NCBI GenBank assembly: GCA_963699255.1
Contig: OY969425.1
Location: 810,001-842,000, forward strand
Direction: 5' to 3'
Length of the DNA stretch: 32,000 nt
Origin: an uncultured bacterium
GTDB taxonomy: Bacteria > Margulisbacteria > WOR-1 > CAVSGV01
The position numbers and the translations under genes are program-made. The notes under the pieces were generated by a model, which had not been told where the DNA came from, did no database searches, and was given only the letters and a program-made list of their open reading frames with translations. Shown one piece after another: positions 1-9,180 of this stretch (its first letter is position 1; every line of letters begins with the position of its first letter).

Positions 1-1684
1 TCACCGGATGTATCAGCTCATCTTCCACCGGCGCAACGCCGTGGCGCTTATCCCATATGCTCCTTATCTTCTTTGCGACAACGTAGGGTGAAAGCTCGCC
101 ATACCCTATCTGGACCATCAGATCATCCATATTAGGAAGATTAAATTCCTTAAGCAGCGTAGCGGTGATCTCGTCCACAAGGGCTTGAGAGGGCTCGAGC
201 ATGAATTTCTTAAGCTCCTCGTTAAGCGACGCGCAGCCTCTGCTCAGGTTCTCTTCACGTTTCTGCTTCTTGAACATGGATTTAATCTTTGTGCGCGCCG
301 CGGAGGTCTTCACAAAATTGAGCCATCCCATGCTCGGGTTGTCGACTTTTCCGGTAATGATCTCGACAATATCCCCGTTCTTGAGCTTATAATCAAGCGG
401 AACGATCTTACCGTTCACTTTTGCGCCGGTGCACCTGTGACCGACCTCGGTATGCACGGTATAAGCTAGATCAACAGGTGTCGATGAGACCGGAAGCGCA
501 TGAACGGCGCCTTTCGGGGTAAAAACAAAGACCTCATCGGTAAAAAGATCTATCTTCAGGCTCTCCATGAAATCTTTCGCGTTCGAGAGGTCTTTCTGCC
601 AGTCAAGGATGGACCGCAGCCATTCCATTTTCTGATCGAGAATGCCGGGCTTTCCGCCTTCCTTGTATCTCCAGTGCGCCGCAACGCCGTGTTCGGCGAC
701 CTTATGCATTTCTTTCGTCCTGATCTGGACCTCGATCGGATATCCCCCGTCCCCGATGACCGTGGTATGCAGAGACTGGTATCCGTTCAGCTTCGGCATC
801 GCTATGTAATCGGTGAAGCTTCCCGGTATCGGGCGCCAAGCCGCGTGAACGAGCCCCAGAACGGCGTAACAGTTTTTTACGGAATCAACTATGATCCTTA
901 CCGCAAGAAGATCGTACAGGTCCTCGAACTCAAGGTTCTGGCTGACCATTTTCCTGTAGATGCTGTAAAAATGCTTCGGACGTCCGGATATTTCCGATTG
1001 TATGCTCATCTCCGATACGATCTTCCGCACTTTAGCAACAAAATCCTCTATGCGCTCTTCTCTCTCCGCCCTTCTCTGCGCCACTTTTACCCTGATCTCT
1101 TCGTACTTGTCCGGCTCAAGATACCTGAAAGCTAGGTCCTCCAGCTCCCATTTAATCCGCCATATGCCGATGCGGTGCGCCAGAGGAGCGAATATTTCCC
1201 GTGTTTCTATCGAGGTTTCTATCTGTTTTTCTCTGGGTAGGTACTGAAGCGTTTGCATGTTATGGAGGCGGTCGGCGATCTTGATCACGATGACCCTGAT
1301 ATCCTCGCCCATGGCAAGGAGCATCTTCCGGAAATTCTCCGCCTCACGCACTTCCCTTGACTCAAAGACCAGCTGGCCGAGCTTCGTCACTCCCTCTACC
1401 AGGCATGCTATCTCTTCTCCAAAATTTTCCGCTATAGCCTCTTTTGTGACTTTGCCGTCCTCGATCACGTCATGAAGAAGCGCCGCGGCGATCGTTACCT
1501 GGTCCTGTTCAATGTCCGCGAGGATCTGCGCTACGGCGAGGGGATGGATAATGAAAGGTTCGCCCGAAAGCCTTAGCTGGCCTTCGTGATGCTTTTTCGC
1601 GTATTCGAACGCCTTCTCGATCAACGATACATTGACCTGAGGATTATATGTCTTTATTTTCGCTATTAAGTTTGAACAGTCCAA
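1..1684 (-). CDS. relA: RelA/SpoT-family (p)ppGpp synthetase/hydrolase, partial (runs off the left edge)
   Basis: Minus-strand translation is open from about 1684 to the edge: ...INPQVNVSLIEKAFEYAKKHHEGQLRLSGEPFIIHPLAVAQILADIEQDQVTIAAALLHDVIEDG..., the HD-domain signature, followed by a RelA_SpoT synthetase region. The start codon is uncertain (possible TTG at 1684). Confidence 0.9.
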   Translation of the reverse strand, partial: MDCSNLIAKIKTYNPQVNVSLIEKAFEYAKKHHEGQLRLSGEPFIIHPLAVAQILADIEQDQVTIAAALLHDVIEDGKVTKEAIAENFGEEIACLVEGVTKLGQLVFESREVREAENFRKMLLAMGEDIRVIVIKIADRLHNMQTLQYLPREKQIETSIETREIFAPLAHRIGIWRIKWELEDLAFRYLEPDKYEEIRVKVAQRRAEREERIEDFVAKVRKIVSEMSIQSEISGRPKHFYSIYRKMVSQNLEFEDLYDLLAVRIIVDSVKNCYAVLGLVHAAWRPIPGSFTDYIAMPKLNGYQSLHTTVIGDGGYPIEVQIRTKEMHKVAEHGVAAHWRYKEGGKPGILDQKMEWLRSILDWQKDLSNAKDFMESLKIDLFTDEVFVFTPKGAVHALPVSSTPVDLAYTVHTEVGHRCTGAKVNGKIVPLDYKLKNGDIVEIITGKVDNPSMGWLNFVKTSAARTKIKSMFKKQKREENLSRGCASLNEELKKFMLEPSQALVDEITATLLKEFNLPNMDDLMVQIGYGELSPYVVAKKIRSIWDKRHGVAPVEDELIHPV

Positions 1685-1700
1685 AACACTATTTCCTTGC

Positions 1701-2390
1701 TTATCTTCCGAAACCGCGCCTACTCGCTCTAGTCCTGTCCATTACACCTATGCTCGGCGGGATCGCAGACCTTCTTGCGGGCTGCCGATCACGCTGCGGC
1801 TGGTTCTGCTTCTCCGCACTGATCAGAGACTTATTTATGGCGATTATCTTACAGGAGTTCTCCAGACACGTCGTATACTGCAGCGCTTCAGATAGGCTTC
1901 CACCGACGGCAAAGCTCCCGAAATCCTTTATCAGCGAGATCAGATATCCGGATTTGAAAACCGGAGGAAGGAACTTTGCCAGATCCTCCGAGGACGTTCT
2001 TTCCTTGCCGGGAGTGATAGCTCTTGTTCTGACAACAGGGATAGACCGGAGCATCGCCTGGCCTTTTACGTCAGCGGGTATTATCTTGTTCTCCGTCCCT
2101 ATTGAAAGTGCTATCCCGTAAGGCGGATAAGCGTGAACGACCGCGCTAAAATTGCTCTCCTTGTATATCGCCCTGTGAACCTGAAGTTCCCAGGCCGCGA
2201 GTTCATCACTCTCACCCTCAAGCGGGACTTCCACGATATCCCCTTCCTTAAGATGCCCCAGCGCGGCATTTTTCTTTGTGATATATAACCTGTCTCCGCT
2301 TCTCACGCTCAGGCTGCCGCTCATTGAATCAACAAGCCCGAGCATATAAAGATCCTTGCCTACCGAACTGAATTCTTCAAAATTATTCAT
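1701..2390 (-). CDS. Class II aldolase/adducin-family protein (L-fuculose-phosphate aldolase-like)
   Basis: 229 aa ORF with GSLSVRSGDRLYITKKNAALGHL, VVHAYPPYGIALS, and FKSGYLISLIKDFGSFAVGGSLSEALQYTTCLENSCKI, typical of the family. The basic C-terminal tail looks atypical. Confidence 0.8.
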   Translation of the reverse strand: MNNFEEFSSVGKDLYMLGLVDSMSGSLSVRSGDRLYITKKNAALGHLKEGDIVEVPLEGESDELAAWELQVHRAIYKESNFSAVVHAYPPYGIALSIGTENKIIPADVKGQAMLRSIPVVRTRAITPGKERTSSEDLAKFLPPVFKSGYLISLIKDFGSFAVGGSLSEALQYTTCLENSCKIIAINKSLISAEKQNQPQRDRQPARRSAIPPSIGVMDRTRASRRGFGR

Positions 2391-2394
2391 TTTT

Positions 2395-3024
2395 CTAGAC
2401 CCACCCTCTCTTTTTTATTTCTTCAAATACTATATCCGCCGCCTCCTTCGGCCCCAGTTTTTCAGAGTCAATGACCACTTCGGCATTTTCGTTCTCCTCG
2501 AACGGGACATCAACGCCCACGACCTTGCCAAGCCCCTCGAACTGCTTCCCTGTTTTCTTTCTCTCCAGCGATTTCTTGTAAAGGCCCGCAAGGACCAATC
2601 CTACGGTCCTTGCGCTTTCCCTTTTGATACAAAGAGGCAGGGGACATTTCACGTAAACCTCGATAAAATCCCTGATCCTGGACCTTGCTTCTCTGCGCCA
2701 TAATAGCTTGTGAGCTGTGGCATCATAGACAACGTTCCTGCCCTGAGCGATTTCCGATACGCCTTCTTCAATGAATTTTGAATAGACCAGCTCCCGTTCT
2801 TCGTCGGTAAATTCCGGCTTGCTGACATATTGCTTCCTGATCTCATCAAGCCTGAGATACCGGGTGTTCTTAAGTTTTTTTGTCAGCTCCCCGGCGATCG
2901 TGCTCTTGCCGCTTCCAGGAAGACCGGTTATCCACACGGCAAATGGCATAAAACCCTCCATGCTCAAGATTAACCTGATGTAGGAACAGCCTTCATGGCT
3001 GTCCGAAACTGCGGACAGGGACAA
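2395..3024 (-). CDS. Adenylylsulfate-kinase-like P-loop kinase
   Basis: Walker A ITGLPGSGKSTIAGEL followed by LRLDEIRKQY, VYDATAHKLLWRREARSRI, and VYVKCPLPLCIKRE. The real start may be the internal MPFAVWITGLPGSGKS. Confidence 0.75.
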   Translation of the reverse strand: MSLSAVSDSHEGCSYIRLILSMEGFMPFAVWITGLPGSGKSTIAGELTKKLKNTRYLRLDEIRKQYVSKPEFTDEERELVYSKFIEEGVSEIAQGRNVVYDATAHKLLWRREARSRIRDFIEVYVKCPLPLCIKRESARTVGLVLAGLYKKSLERKKTGKQFEGLGKVVGVDVPFEENENAEVVIDSEKLGPKEAADIVFEEIKKRGWV

Positions 3025-3036
3025 GCCCTCTCCTTA

Positions 3037-4127
3037 CTACATTTTTTTAAGATATTTGTTGATATTCTTGGGATCGAAAGCCCTGTCGTTCAAAACGTTC
3101 TTAACGAACCTTATCATTTTTCTCCGGACTCCGTCGCTTTGCATGGAATAGAAGACCGGGTGCGCGACCACGACGCCCCTGAAGGCGAAGAATATCCCCG
3201 CTGTCCTGGCAATATTCCTGTCACTCGTCTTTTTAAAATAATTATTCCAGAAAGCCGTGAACAGCTTTGCGAAAGGCCCGTCAAAAGAGCCGGACTGCAT
3301 GACGGCGAACCAGATATAATTGATCGCCATGGTCGTCACGTCATCCGCGGGATCCCCGTAAACCTCCCTTGAAGCGTCCAGCAAGGTCAGCTTGCTGCCG
3401 TCAAAAAGGATATTTCCGGGATGAAAATCCCCGTGCATCCTGCAGGGAATAACGGGGATATCCTTTATGTTCTCCCTGAACTTTGCCGCGCTGCATATCA
3501 AATTCGTGAGATTCTCTTTCGTAATAAAGCTGATCCTGTCCGGGTACGTGTCGATGACGCCTATCATCATTTCTCCGTGGCCGAGAGCGTCCCTCGTGTG
3601 ACGCCTTCTGATCGAACGAAGCTCCTCCGAAGAACCTTTGAACTTCCTGCTGTGGAGTTTTACCAGATAATCGGATAACGCCATCGCCCTCTTTATGTCC
3701 CCATCGGTCAGCCTGCCGCTCTCCATGATCCTCTGGAAATCCTGGGAATAAGATATACCGCGAGCGACCTCCACTATCTGAAAGAATTCCTTTACATCCC
3801 CGAGTGACACGAGTTCATTTTTCTTCGTGTAGCCGGAGACATCGAAAGAATCTATGTGATCCGGGACCATATGGGCCAGCTCATGCTGGAGCACGAATAC
3901 TTTTGCCCTGTCGGAAATCCAGTCATGAGAAAATTCGCCGGCATCAAGGTCCTGAGCACAACTTCCTTGATCTGTCCGCCGGAGGCAGAGAACTTAACTT
4001 TATAGCCTGTCCCGTGCCATCCCGAGCCGAGCTTTTCGTATTCGAGTATCTTTACGGATCGGCCTTCCTTGGCATCAAGGTATTTCTGCACAACGGACCT
4101 CGGGATCTTAATTTGCGTGCCTGTCAT
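3037..4127 (-). pseudogene. Aminoglycoside-phosphotransferase (APH)-family protein, interrupted by a single-base frameshift near 3947-3951
   Basis: N-terminal frame (3852..4127) reads ...SGWHGTGYKVKF...VVLRT; the C-terminal frame (3037..3894 and upstream) reads LDAGEFSHDWISDRAKVFVLQHELAHMVP... with IPVIPCRMHGDFHPGNILFDGSKLTLLDAS, the APH catalytic motif. One added base joins the two. Confidence 0.75.
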
Positions 4128-4222
4128 GTTAACCGTCCCCTCTTATGTGACAATCCCGCGACTGAAGTCGCGGTTAAATTATCCGAGACTTTAGTCTCGG
4201 GTTTTCAATGCCGTCAGCGAAG

Positions 4223-4489
4223 TTAGATCAGAGACAATATTTTAAGCAAACCCTGCTGAAGCAAGTAAAGAAGAATGATAGCGATAAAAGGGGACGCATC
4301 CATGCCTATTTTTGCCGGAGGCAGCCCCTTTCGAATGACCGATAATAACGGCTCGGTAATATCATAAGCCGGTTTAATGATCGGGTGATACCGGTTGTGC
4401 GGAAGATAGGTCAGGAAAGCCCTGATAACGATCAAAAAGTAAGCCAGGTCGAACGCGAGATTTAAAAACGACTGTATGATCAGTCTCAT
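4223..4489 (-). CDS. YggT-family membrane protein
   Basis: 88 aa: LAYFLIVIRAFLTYLP...HPIIKPAYDITEPLLSVIRKGLPPAKIGMDASPFIAIILLYLL. Located next to proC and sepF, a common gene order. Confidence 0.85.
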   Translation of the reverse strand: MRLIIQSFLNLAFDLAYFLIVIRAFLTYLPHNRYHPIIKPAYDITEPLLSVIRKGLPPAKIGMDASPFIAIILLYLLQQGLLKILSLI

Positions 4490-5301
4490 AAAGATTTCTC
4501 GAACTCCTCGCTTATTTCCTTCGCCCTGGCGGATGCTTTTATTACGGCCTTTTTAAGCGCGCCTTTGAAATTCCCCTCATCAAGGGCCCTGAGTCCCGCC
4601 ACGGTCGTCCCCCCGGGAGACGCGACCATATTCTTCAATTCCTCGGGCGTTTTCTTTGTCTTGACCACGGTTTTGACCGATCCCAGTGCAGTTTTCAGCG
4701 CGAGTTCCATGGAAAGGTCCTTTGGAAGCCCCGATTCTATGCCCCCGTCCGCCAGCGCATTAATCGCTTCATATACAAATGCCGGTCCGCTTCCGGAAAG
4801 CCCCGTTACCGCATTCATATATTTTTCTTCCACTCTGATCGTATCCCCCACGGAAGAAAATATCTTCTCCGCCGTCTTCATGTCCTTTTCCTGGGCATAT
4901 CTGCCGCCGCATAACGCGGAAATGCCTTCTCCGATCAGGCAAGGATTGTTCGGCATCACCCTTACCATAGGTACCTTCAGCAGGTGTTTTTCGAGACTCT
5001 TAAGGGTTATGCCGGCCGCTATGGATATGACAAGCTGGTTTGATCCGACCCTGCCCGCGATCTCCGAAAGCACAGAATGCATGGATTGCGGTTTAACCGC
5101 CAGAATGATCACATCGGATGCGCTGACTGCCTGAGCATTGTCTTCTGCGGCCTTCACGCCGTATTTCTTGGATATCTGCTTTGACCGGGCAATATCTTTA
5201 TCAGATATGATCATGCTGTTCTTTGAAAAGGCCTTTGAAGATATAAGCCCGCGCAGAATAGCTTCGGCCATTCGGCCCGCCCCAATAAACCCTAACTTCA
5301 T
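4486..5301 (-). CDS. proC: Pyrroline-5-carboxylate reductase
   Basis: Starts MKLGFIGAGRMAEAILRG (Rossmann) and contains VRVMPNNPCLIGEG, GLSGSGPAFVYEAINALADGGIE, and MVASPGGTTVAGLRALDEG. The track ORF starts at 5343; the MKLG start at 5301 is preferred. Confidence 0.95.
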   Translation of the reverse strand: MKLGFIGAGRMAEAILRGLISSKAFSKNSMIISDKDIARSKQISKKYGVKAAEDNAQAVSASDVIILAVKPQSMHSVLSEIAGRVGSNQLVISIAAGITLKSLEKHLLKVPMVRVMPNNPCLIGEGISALCGGRYAQEKDMKTAEKIFSSVGDTIRVEEKYMNAVTGLSGSGPAFVYEAINALADGGIESGLPKDLSMELALKTALGSVKTVVKTKKTPEELKNMVASPGGTTVAGLRALDEGNFKGALKKAVIKASARAKEISEEFEKSL

Positions 5302-5335
5302 TGTATCCCTATCTTCCGGAATAAAGCGGCTCTTA

Positions 5336-5758
5336 TTAGGCAATCATGCTTTCCTCTATGCCGCTTCTGTCCTCCACATCGGCAATGGATATATTGCTTG
5401 GAGTGAACAGGAATATCGAATCGCCGATCTTTATCATATGGCCTTCAATAGCGTATGCGGTGCCGCATACAAAATCTATCAGTCGCGTGCCCTCGGTGGG
5501 ATCCAGGTGCCTCAGGCTGATCACCACGGGATTGCCTGATCTTAGCTGTGACGAAATGGTCAGAGAGTCTTCGTAAACCTTTGGTTCGTGTATGACGATC
5601 TCGTATACGGCGGAAGTCGAACTTTTACCTTTCTTCGGGCGAAGGACGGTTTCCACATTTAGCTCCTCTCGCGAAACCTCTTCGACCGCCCCTTCCTCTT
5701 CCTCAAGACCTATGAACGCTTTTGCCCGTTTAATCAAACTGTCAGCCATTCCGATCAA
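5336..5758 (-). CDS. sepF: SepF-like cell-division protein
   Basis: HEPKVYEDSLTISSQLRSGNPVVISLRHLDPTEGTRLIDFVCGTAYAIEGHMIKIGDSIFLFTPSNISI matches the SepF/DUF552 core. Confidence 0.9.
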   Translation of the reverse strand: MIGMADSLIKRAKAFIGLEEEEGAVEEVSREELNVETVLRPKKGKSSTSAVYEIVIHEPKVYEDSLTISSQLRSGNPVVISLRHLDPTEGTRLIDFVCGTAYAIEGHMIKIGDSIFLFTPSNISIADVEDRSGIEESMIA

Positions 5759-5784
5759 CCCCTTTATTAAATTAACAATTTCTT

Positions 5785-5875
5785 AATTACACAATTAACA
5801 ACAATGTGTGCTTACGCACATTTTTATAATAAAACCTTCCATAATTTTTAATTGTTCATTGTTAATTGTGTAATT
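5785..5875. repeat. AT-rich intergenic inverted-repeat element with a small central hairpin
   Basis: Perfect 17-bp arms aattacacaattaacaa (5785-5801) and ttgttaattgtgtaatt (5859-5875); inner tgtgc-ttac-gcaca stem at 5807-5820. Confidence 0.85.
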
Positions 5876-6554
5876 GTCCAAATATTGCCCTGCCGATCCT
5901 GACCAGATTTGAACCTTCTTCGATGGCGATCTCAAAGTCGTCGGACATTCCCATTGATATGTATTTTAACTCAACACCCGGCAAATTCAACCTTTTTATC
6001 TGGCCGAACAGATCCGCAAGCGATCGAAAACTTTTCCTGATGTCCGGCTCACTGTTCGTCACAGGCCCCACCGTCATCAGCCCCGTCAGCCTGAGGTTCT
6101 TAAGACCCGAAATGTATCTCCCAATTTGGATGGCTTGGCCGGGTGCTGTGCCGTACTTGGCTGTTTCCCCTGAAGTGTTGACCTCAACAAATACATCCGT
6201 CATCCTCTGTGCCCTTCTTGAAATTTCGTCAGCCAGTCTCTCGCTGTCTACAGACTGGATAACGGAAAATATTTCGAGCGCCGCTTTTACCTTATTGGTC
6301 TGGAGGTGCCCTATCATATGCCAGGTCACAGGCAGATCTTTTATAAGGTCGAATTTCTGCTTTGCTTCCTGGACCCTGTTCTCCCCTATATCCGTAACGC
6401 CCGCTTTGATCGCCTCGTTAATAAGGTCTACAGGGACGTTCTTTGTGACAGCCACGAGCTTCACTTCGGCAGGGTCTCTTCCGGCGCGCCCGGCTGCTTT
6501 CTCGATCCGGCTTTTGACCGAAGCTATGTTGTCAGCAATTGACATATGAATCAA
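5862..6554 (-). CDS. yggS: YggS-family pyridoxal-phosphate homeostasis protein (PLPBP)
   Basis: LVAVTKNVPVDLINEAIKAGVTDIGENRVQEAKQKFDLI...WHMIGHLQTNKVKAAL...LTGLMTVGP...LSMGMSDDFEIAIEEGSNLVRIGRAIFG. Confidence 0.95.
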   Translation of the reverse strand: MIHMSIADNIASVKSRIEKAAGRAGRDPAEVKLVAVTKNVPVDLINEAIKAGVTDIGENRVQEAKQKFDLIKDLPVTWHMIGHLQTNKVKAALEIFSVIQSVDSERLADEISRRAQRMTDVFVEVNTSGETAKYGTAPGQAIQIGRYISGLKNLRLTGLMTVGPVTNSEPDIRKSFRSLADLFGQIKRLNLPGVELKYISMGMSDDFEIAIEEGSNLVRIGRAIFGQLHN

Positions 6555-6663
6555 GTATACTAGAAAATGGAATACAAATCACAAAAAATACGACCTAATT
6601 CATCCTATGAGCGGCCTTTTTGTGTTGATTTATTGTTCCATAGTATATGTTATAATTAATTCG

Positions 6664-6981
6664 ATGAAAAAGACGTTGCTCGCGATACTGCTACTGGTGA
6701 TCTTACTGTCAACCTGCCTTGCCTCAACATTCGAGTATTATCCGATGGACATAAAGGTGGCGGGGCTTCTCAAAGATCCCACTTCTGAGTCGGAGGCTGC
6801 CTTCATATTCCCTATCGATGTGTCCCTTACGGGAATATCAAAGGACAAGCAGTGGTACAGGTTCAAGGTCTTCTATAACCTGGTATTCTTCGGAAAGTAC
6901 GAGTTCGAAGGCTGGTGCCACATAAATCCCTGGAAACCGTTCCTGACCAATGCGACTCCGGAAGTCATTGAATTGAAATAA
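6664..6981 (+). CDS. Small exported protein of unknown function
   Basis: The track ORF begins at 6607, but MKKTLLAILLLVILLSTCLASTFEYYPMDIKVAG at 6664 is a convincing signal peptide start. Confidence 0.6.
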   Translation: MKKTLLAILLLVILLSTCLASTFEYYPMDIKVAGLLKDPTSESEAAFIFPIDVSLTGISKDKQWYRFKVFYNLVFFGKYEFEGWCHINPWKPFLTNATPEVIELK

Positions 6982-6995
6982 TATTGGACCGTTAA

Positions 6996-7301
6996 TCAGC
7001 TCGCCTTGATCTCTTCTTTAATGTTCTCTATTGTCTGCTTGGAAGCTTTTATTACTCTGACGATCTCCTTGACCTGAGAATTCCCCGCAATATCAGTTTC
7101 CGATTTTTCAAGGCACTCATACACCTTTTTCCCCAGTTCGCCCATTGCTTTACTTATCTTGTTCTCTTCCATGACAATCTTGACCTTGAGGGACGCTGCG
7201 CGTGCACCCTTCTGTGTTTTGTCCGCCGCCGCGGAAAAAGTTTTTTTTGCCGCATCGCCCATATCCGAGAGCTTCCCCTTTACATCATCCCAATTGACCA
7301 T
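6996..7301 (-). CDS. Small helical protein of unknown function
   Basis: 101 aa, Lys/Glu/Ala-rich (DVKGKLSDMGDAAKKTFSAAADKTQKGARAASLKVKI), with a GGGAGGTG ribosome-binding site just upstream of the start. Confidence 0.65.
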   Translation of the reverse strand: MVNWDDVKGKLSDMGDAAKKTFSAAADKTQKGARAASLKVKIVMEENKISKAMGELGKKVYECLEKSETDIAGNSQVKEIVRVIKASKQTIENIKEEIKAS

Positions 7302-7389
7302 AAAAACACCTCCCTTTTAATTGTTCAAATGATAACCACTTTTATCATTATATCAAATCCCCCCCATACTTAATAGTATGCAAACGATA

Positions 7390-9180
7390 TCACCTGGAAC
7401 CTTCTGCGCCAAGAAAACCCTTATAGTCATCCATCTCTTTCTTCAGCATCTCCGTATGAGAGAATATTTCGACCAGATCTTCCATTGTGGCCTTCTCATT
7501 GAGCTGTTTCCTGCTCAAATATCCCAGAACGTTTATTTCACTCGTCTTTGCAGCTTTGGACATTATACGCGCGAGCTCAGCTCTGGTAAGAATAGCGTTA
7601 GGTTTAAAAGTGCCGTTCCCGTAACCCTGCATTATGCCGGCAGACTTGACCGCGCTGATGAAATCTGCCGCCCAAAAATCCTGGCTGACATCCTTAAAGG
7701 CGGTTTTTTGAAACTGTACGGTCTCCAGCTTTCTGGCTTTTGAAATGATCATCGCCAGCATTCCTCTTGAGAGCTCTTTGTTCAAGTTATAATCTTTCCC
7801 AAGATAACGGAAGAATTCCGTATAGATAACCACGTCTTCAAAATACTTGTTCCGCGCATCTTCCGGTGCGAGGTCAGGAGGAAGATAAAACCTGATTATT
7901 TTTCTTGCGAACTCGGCCTCCGCGTTGCTCGTATCTTTTAATCTTATTTTTATTTCATTCCTGCCGATATTGAGAGGAACGGGCGTCTCAAAAGTCATGT
8001 CGCTTCTGATCCTCACTTTTTCTCCGTTTATCCAAACATCGGTCACATCTGTCTCAACGGTGCCGCTGAAAGTCTGCTCGGCATCCAGAGTGTACAGGTT
8101 GGCGGCAGGGATGATCGATATTTTTTGCGCGATCGCCTTTACCGGCGCAGCGGCCTCGGCGACCGCCTCAGCTGTCGGAGCTGTAACCTCTTCTTTTTTC
8201 GGCGGCGGAGCTTCCCGCACATAACCGGCGCCGCTGCTGAAAGTAAGAGAAAAAATGTTCGAAGCGAAACTTGACTGTTCATAGTTCTGCATGAATGCCA
8301 GGTCCGCCATTATCCCCGAATACTCAAAACCCAGTCCAAAGGTCATGTTGGTCGTCAGTGTGCCGCCTTCCGCGCCGCTTGCCTCTTGATCATAGCCGGC
8401 CCTGAGTCTCAAACTCGGGTGGATCCTCCATTCCACGCCAATGTGCATCGGCCAGGGTGTGTCCGGTCCGCTTAGGAACATATCCTGATCAAGCGCGAAT
8501 CTGGCATCATGCTCCAGCCAGTAGAACGATACTCCGATCTTTACTATAGAGGGGATGGTCTCCGGCGGCTCGTAACCGTAAAGCCTGGATCCGCTTACCG
8601 CATTTTGAAGGTTCAATCCGTAGGAGATCCATTTTTCAGGAACATATTTAAGTCCAAGATCAATGTTGTAACCTGTTCCGGCGGCATTTACGTCGCCGGT
8701 AAATCCTTTCGAATAATATTTCAAAGTTGCTCCGCCATAAAGATCGGGTTCGTCCCCCGTGGATGACCGGCCTTCTCCAATATCTCTTCCGTAAGACAGA
8801 ACAAAGGCCTGGTTATAGAAATCCGTTGTGCCTCCGCCTGAAACAGCAATGCCGCCTGATCTTGACCCGACATATCCTACACCGAAAACACCTGCCGGTG
8901 TGGGAGTGGCGCCGCAGACCATCGTATATTGATATTCATTCAGGAAATTTGAGCTCATAGTGGAGATGGCCCAGCTTTTCAGGCTACCGAGTCCGGCGGG
9001 ATTCAAGAACATGGCGTTCATGTCGTCCGCAACGGCAACAAAAGCCCGTCCCATGCCTAAAGGACGAGCCCCGATCCCGACAGAAATAGGATCATCATAA
9101 TAAATGACCCCGTAGGAACCCGCGGGGTATAGAGTTAAAACAAAAAATACCGCGACCAGCAGTTTCCTTAAAATTTTCAT
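7390..9180 (-). CDS. PorV/PorQ-like outer-membrane barrel protein with Ig-like and SLH regions
   Basis: Signal peptide MKILRKLLVAVFFVLTLYPAGSYG; GIGARPLGMGRAFVAVADDMNAMFLNPAGLGSL is PorV/UPF0164-like; C-terminal FKDVSQDFWAADFISAVKSAGIMQGYGNGTFKPNAILTRAELARIMSKA is SLH. Confidence 0.85.
   Translation of the reverse strand: MKILRKLLVAVFFVLTLYPAGSYGVIYYDDPISVGIGARPLGMGRAFVAVADDMNAMFLNPAGLGSLKSWAISTMSSNFLNEYQYTMVCGATPTPAGVFGVGYVGSRSGGIAVSGGGTTDFYNQAFVLSYGRDIGEGRSSTGDEPDLYGGATLKYYSKGFTGDVNAAGTGYNIDLGLKYVPEKWISYGLNLQNAVSGSRLYGYEPPETIPSIVKIGVSFYWLEHDARFALDQDMFLSGPDTPWPMHIGVEWRIHPSLRLRAGYDQEASGAEGGTLTTNMTFGLGFEYSGIMADLAFMQNYEQSSFASNIFSLTFSSGAGYVREAPPPKKEEVTAPTAEAVAEAAAPVKAIAQKISIIPAANLYTLDAEQTFSGTVETDVTDVWINGEKVRIRSDMTFETPVPLNIGRNEIKIRLKDTSNAEAEFARKIIRFYLPPDLAPEDARNKYFEDVVIYTEFFRYLGKDYNLNKELSRGMLAMIISKARKLETVQFQKTAFKDVSQDFWAADFISAVKSAGIMQGYGNGTFKPNAILTRAELARIMSKAAKTSEINVLGYLSRKQLNEKATMEDLVEIFSHTEMLKKEMDDYKGFLGAEGSR

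Noticed and set aside
500-1135. Plus-strand ORFs opposite relA (500..1135, 1002..1247, 1257..1475)
   Set aside because: The minus strand encodes a clear RelA/SpoT protein across the same interval; the plus-strand translations show no recognisable features.
4565-5134. Plus-strand ORF of 189 aa opposite proC, and a 227 aa ORF (5866..6549) opposite yggS
   Set aside because: Both lie fully antisense to well-supported conserved genes and have no recognisable domains.
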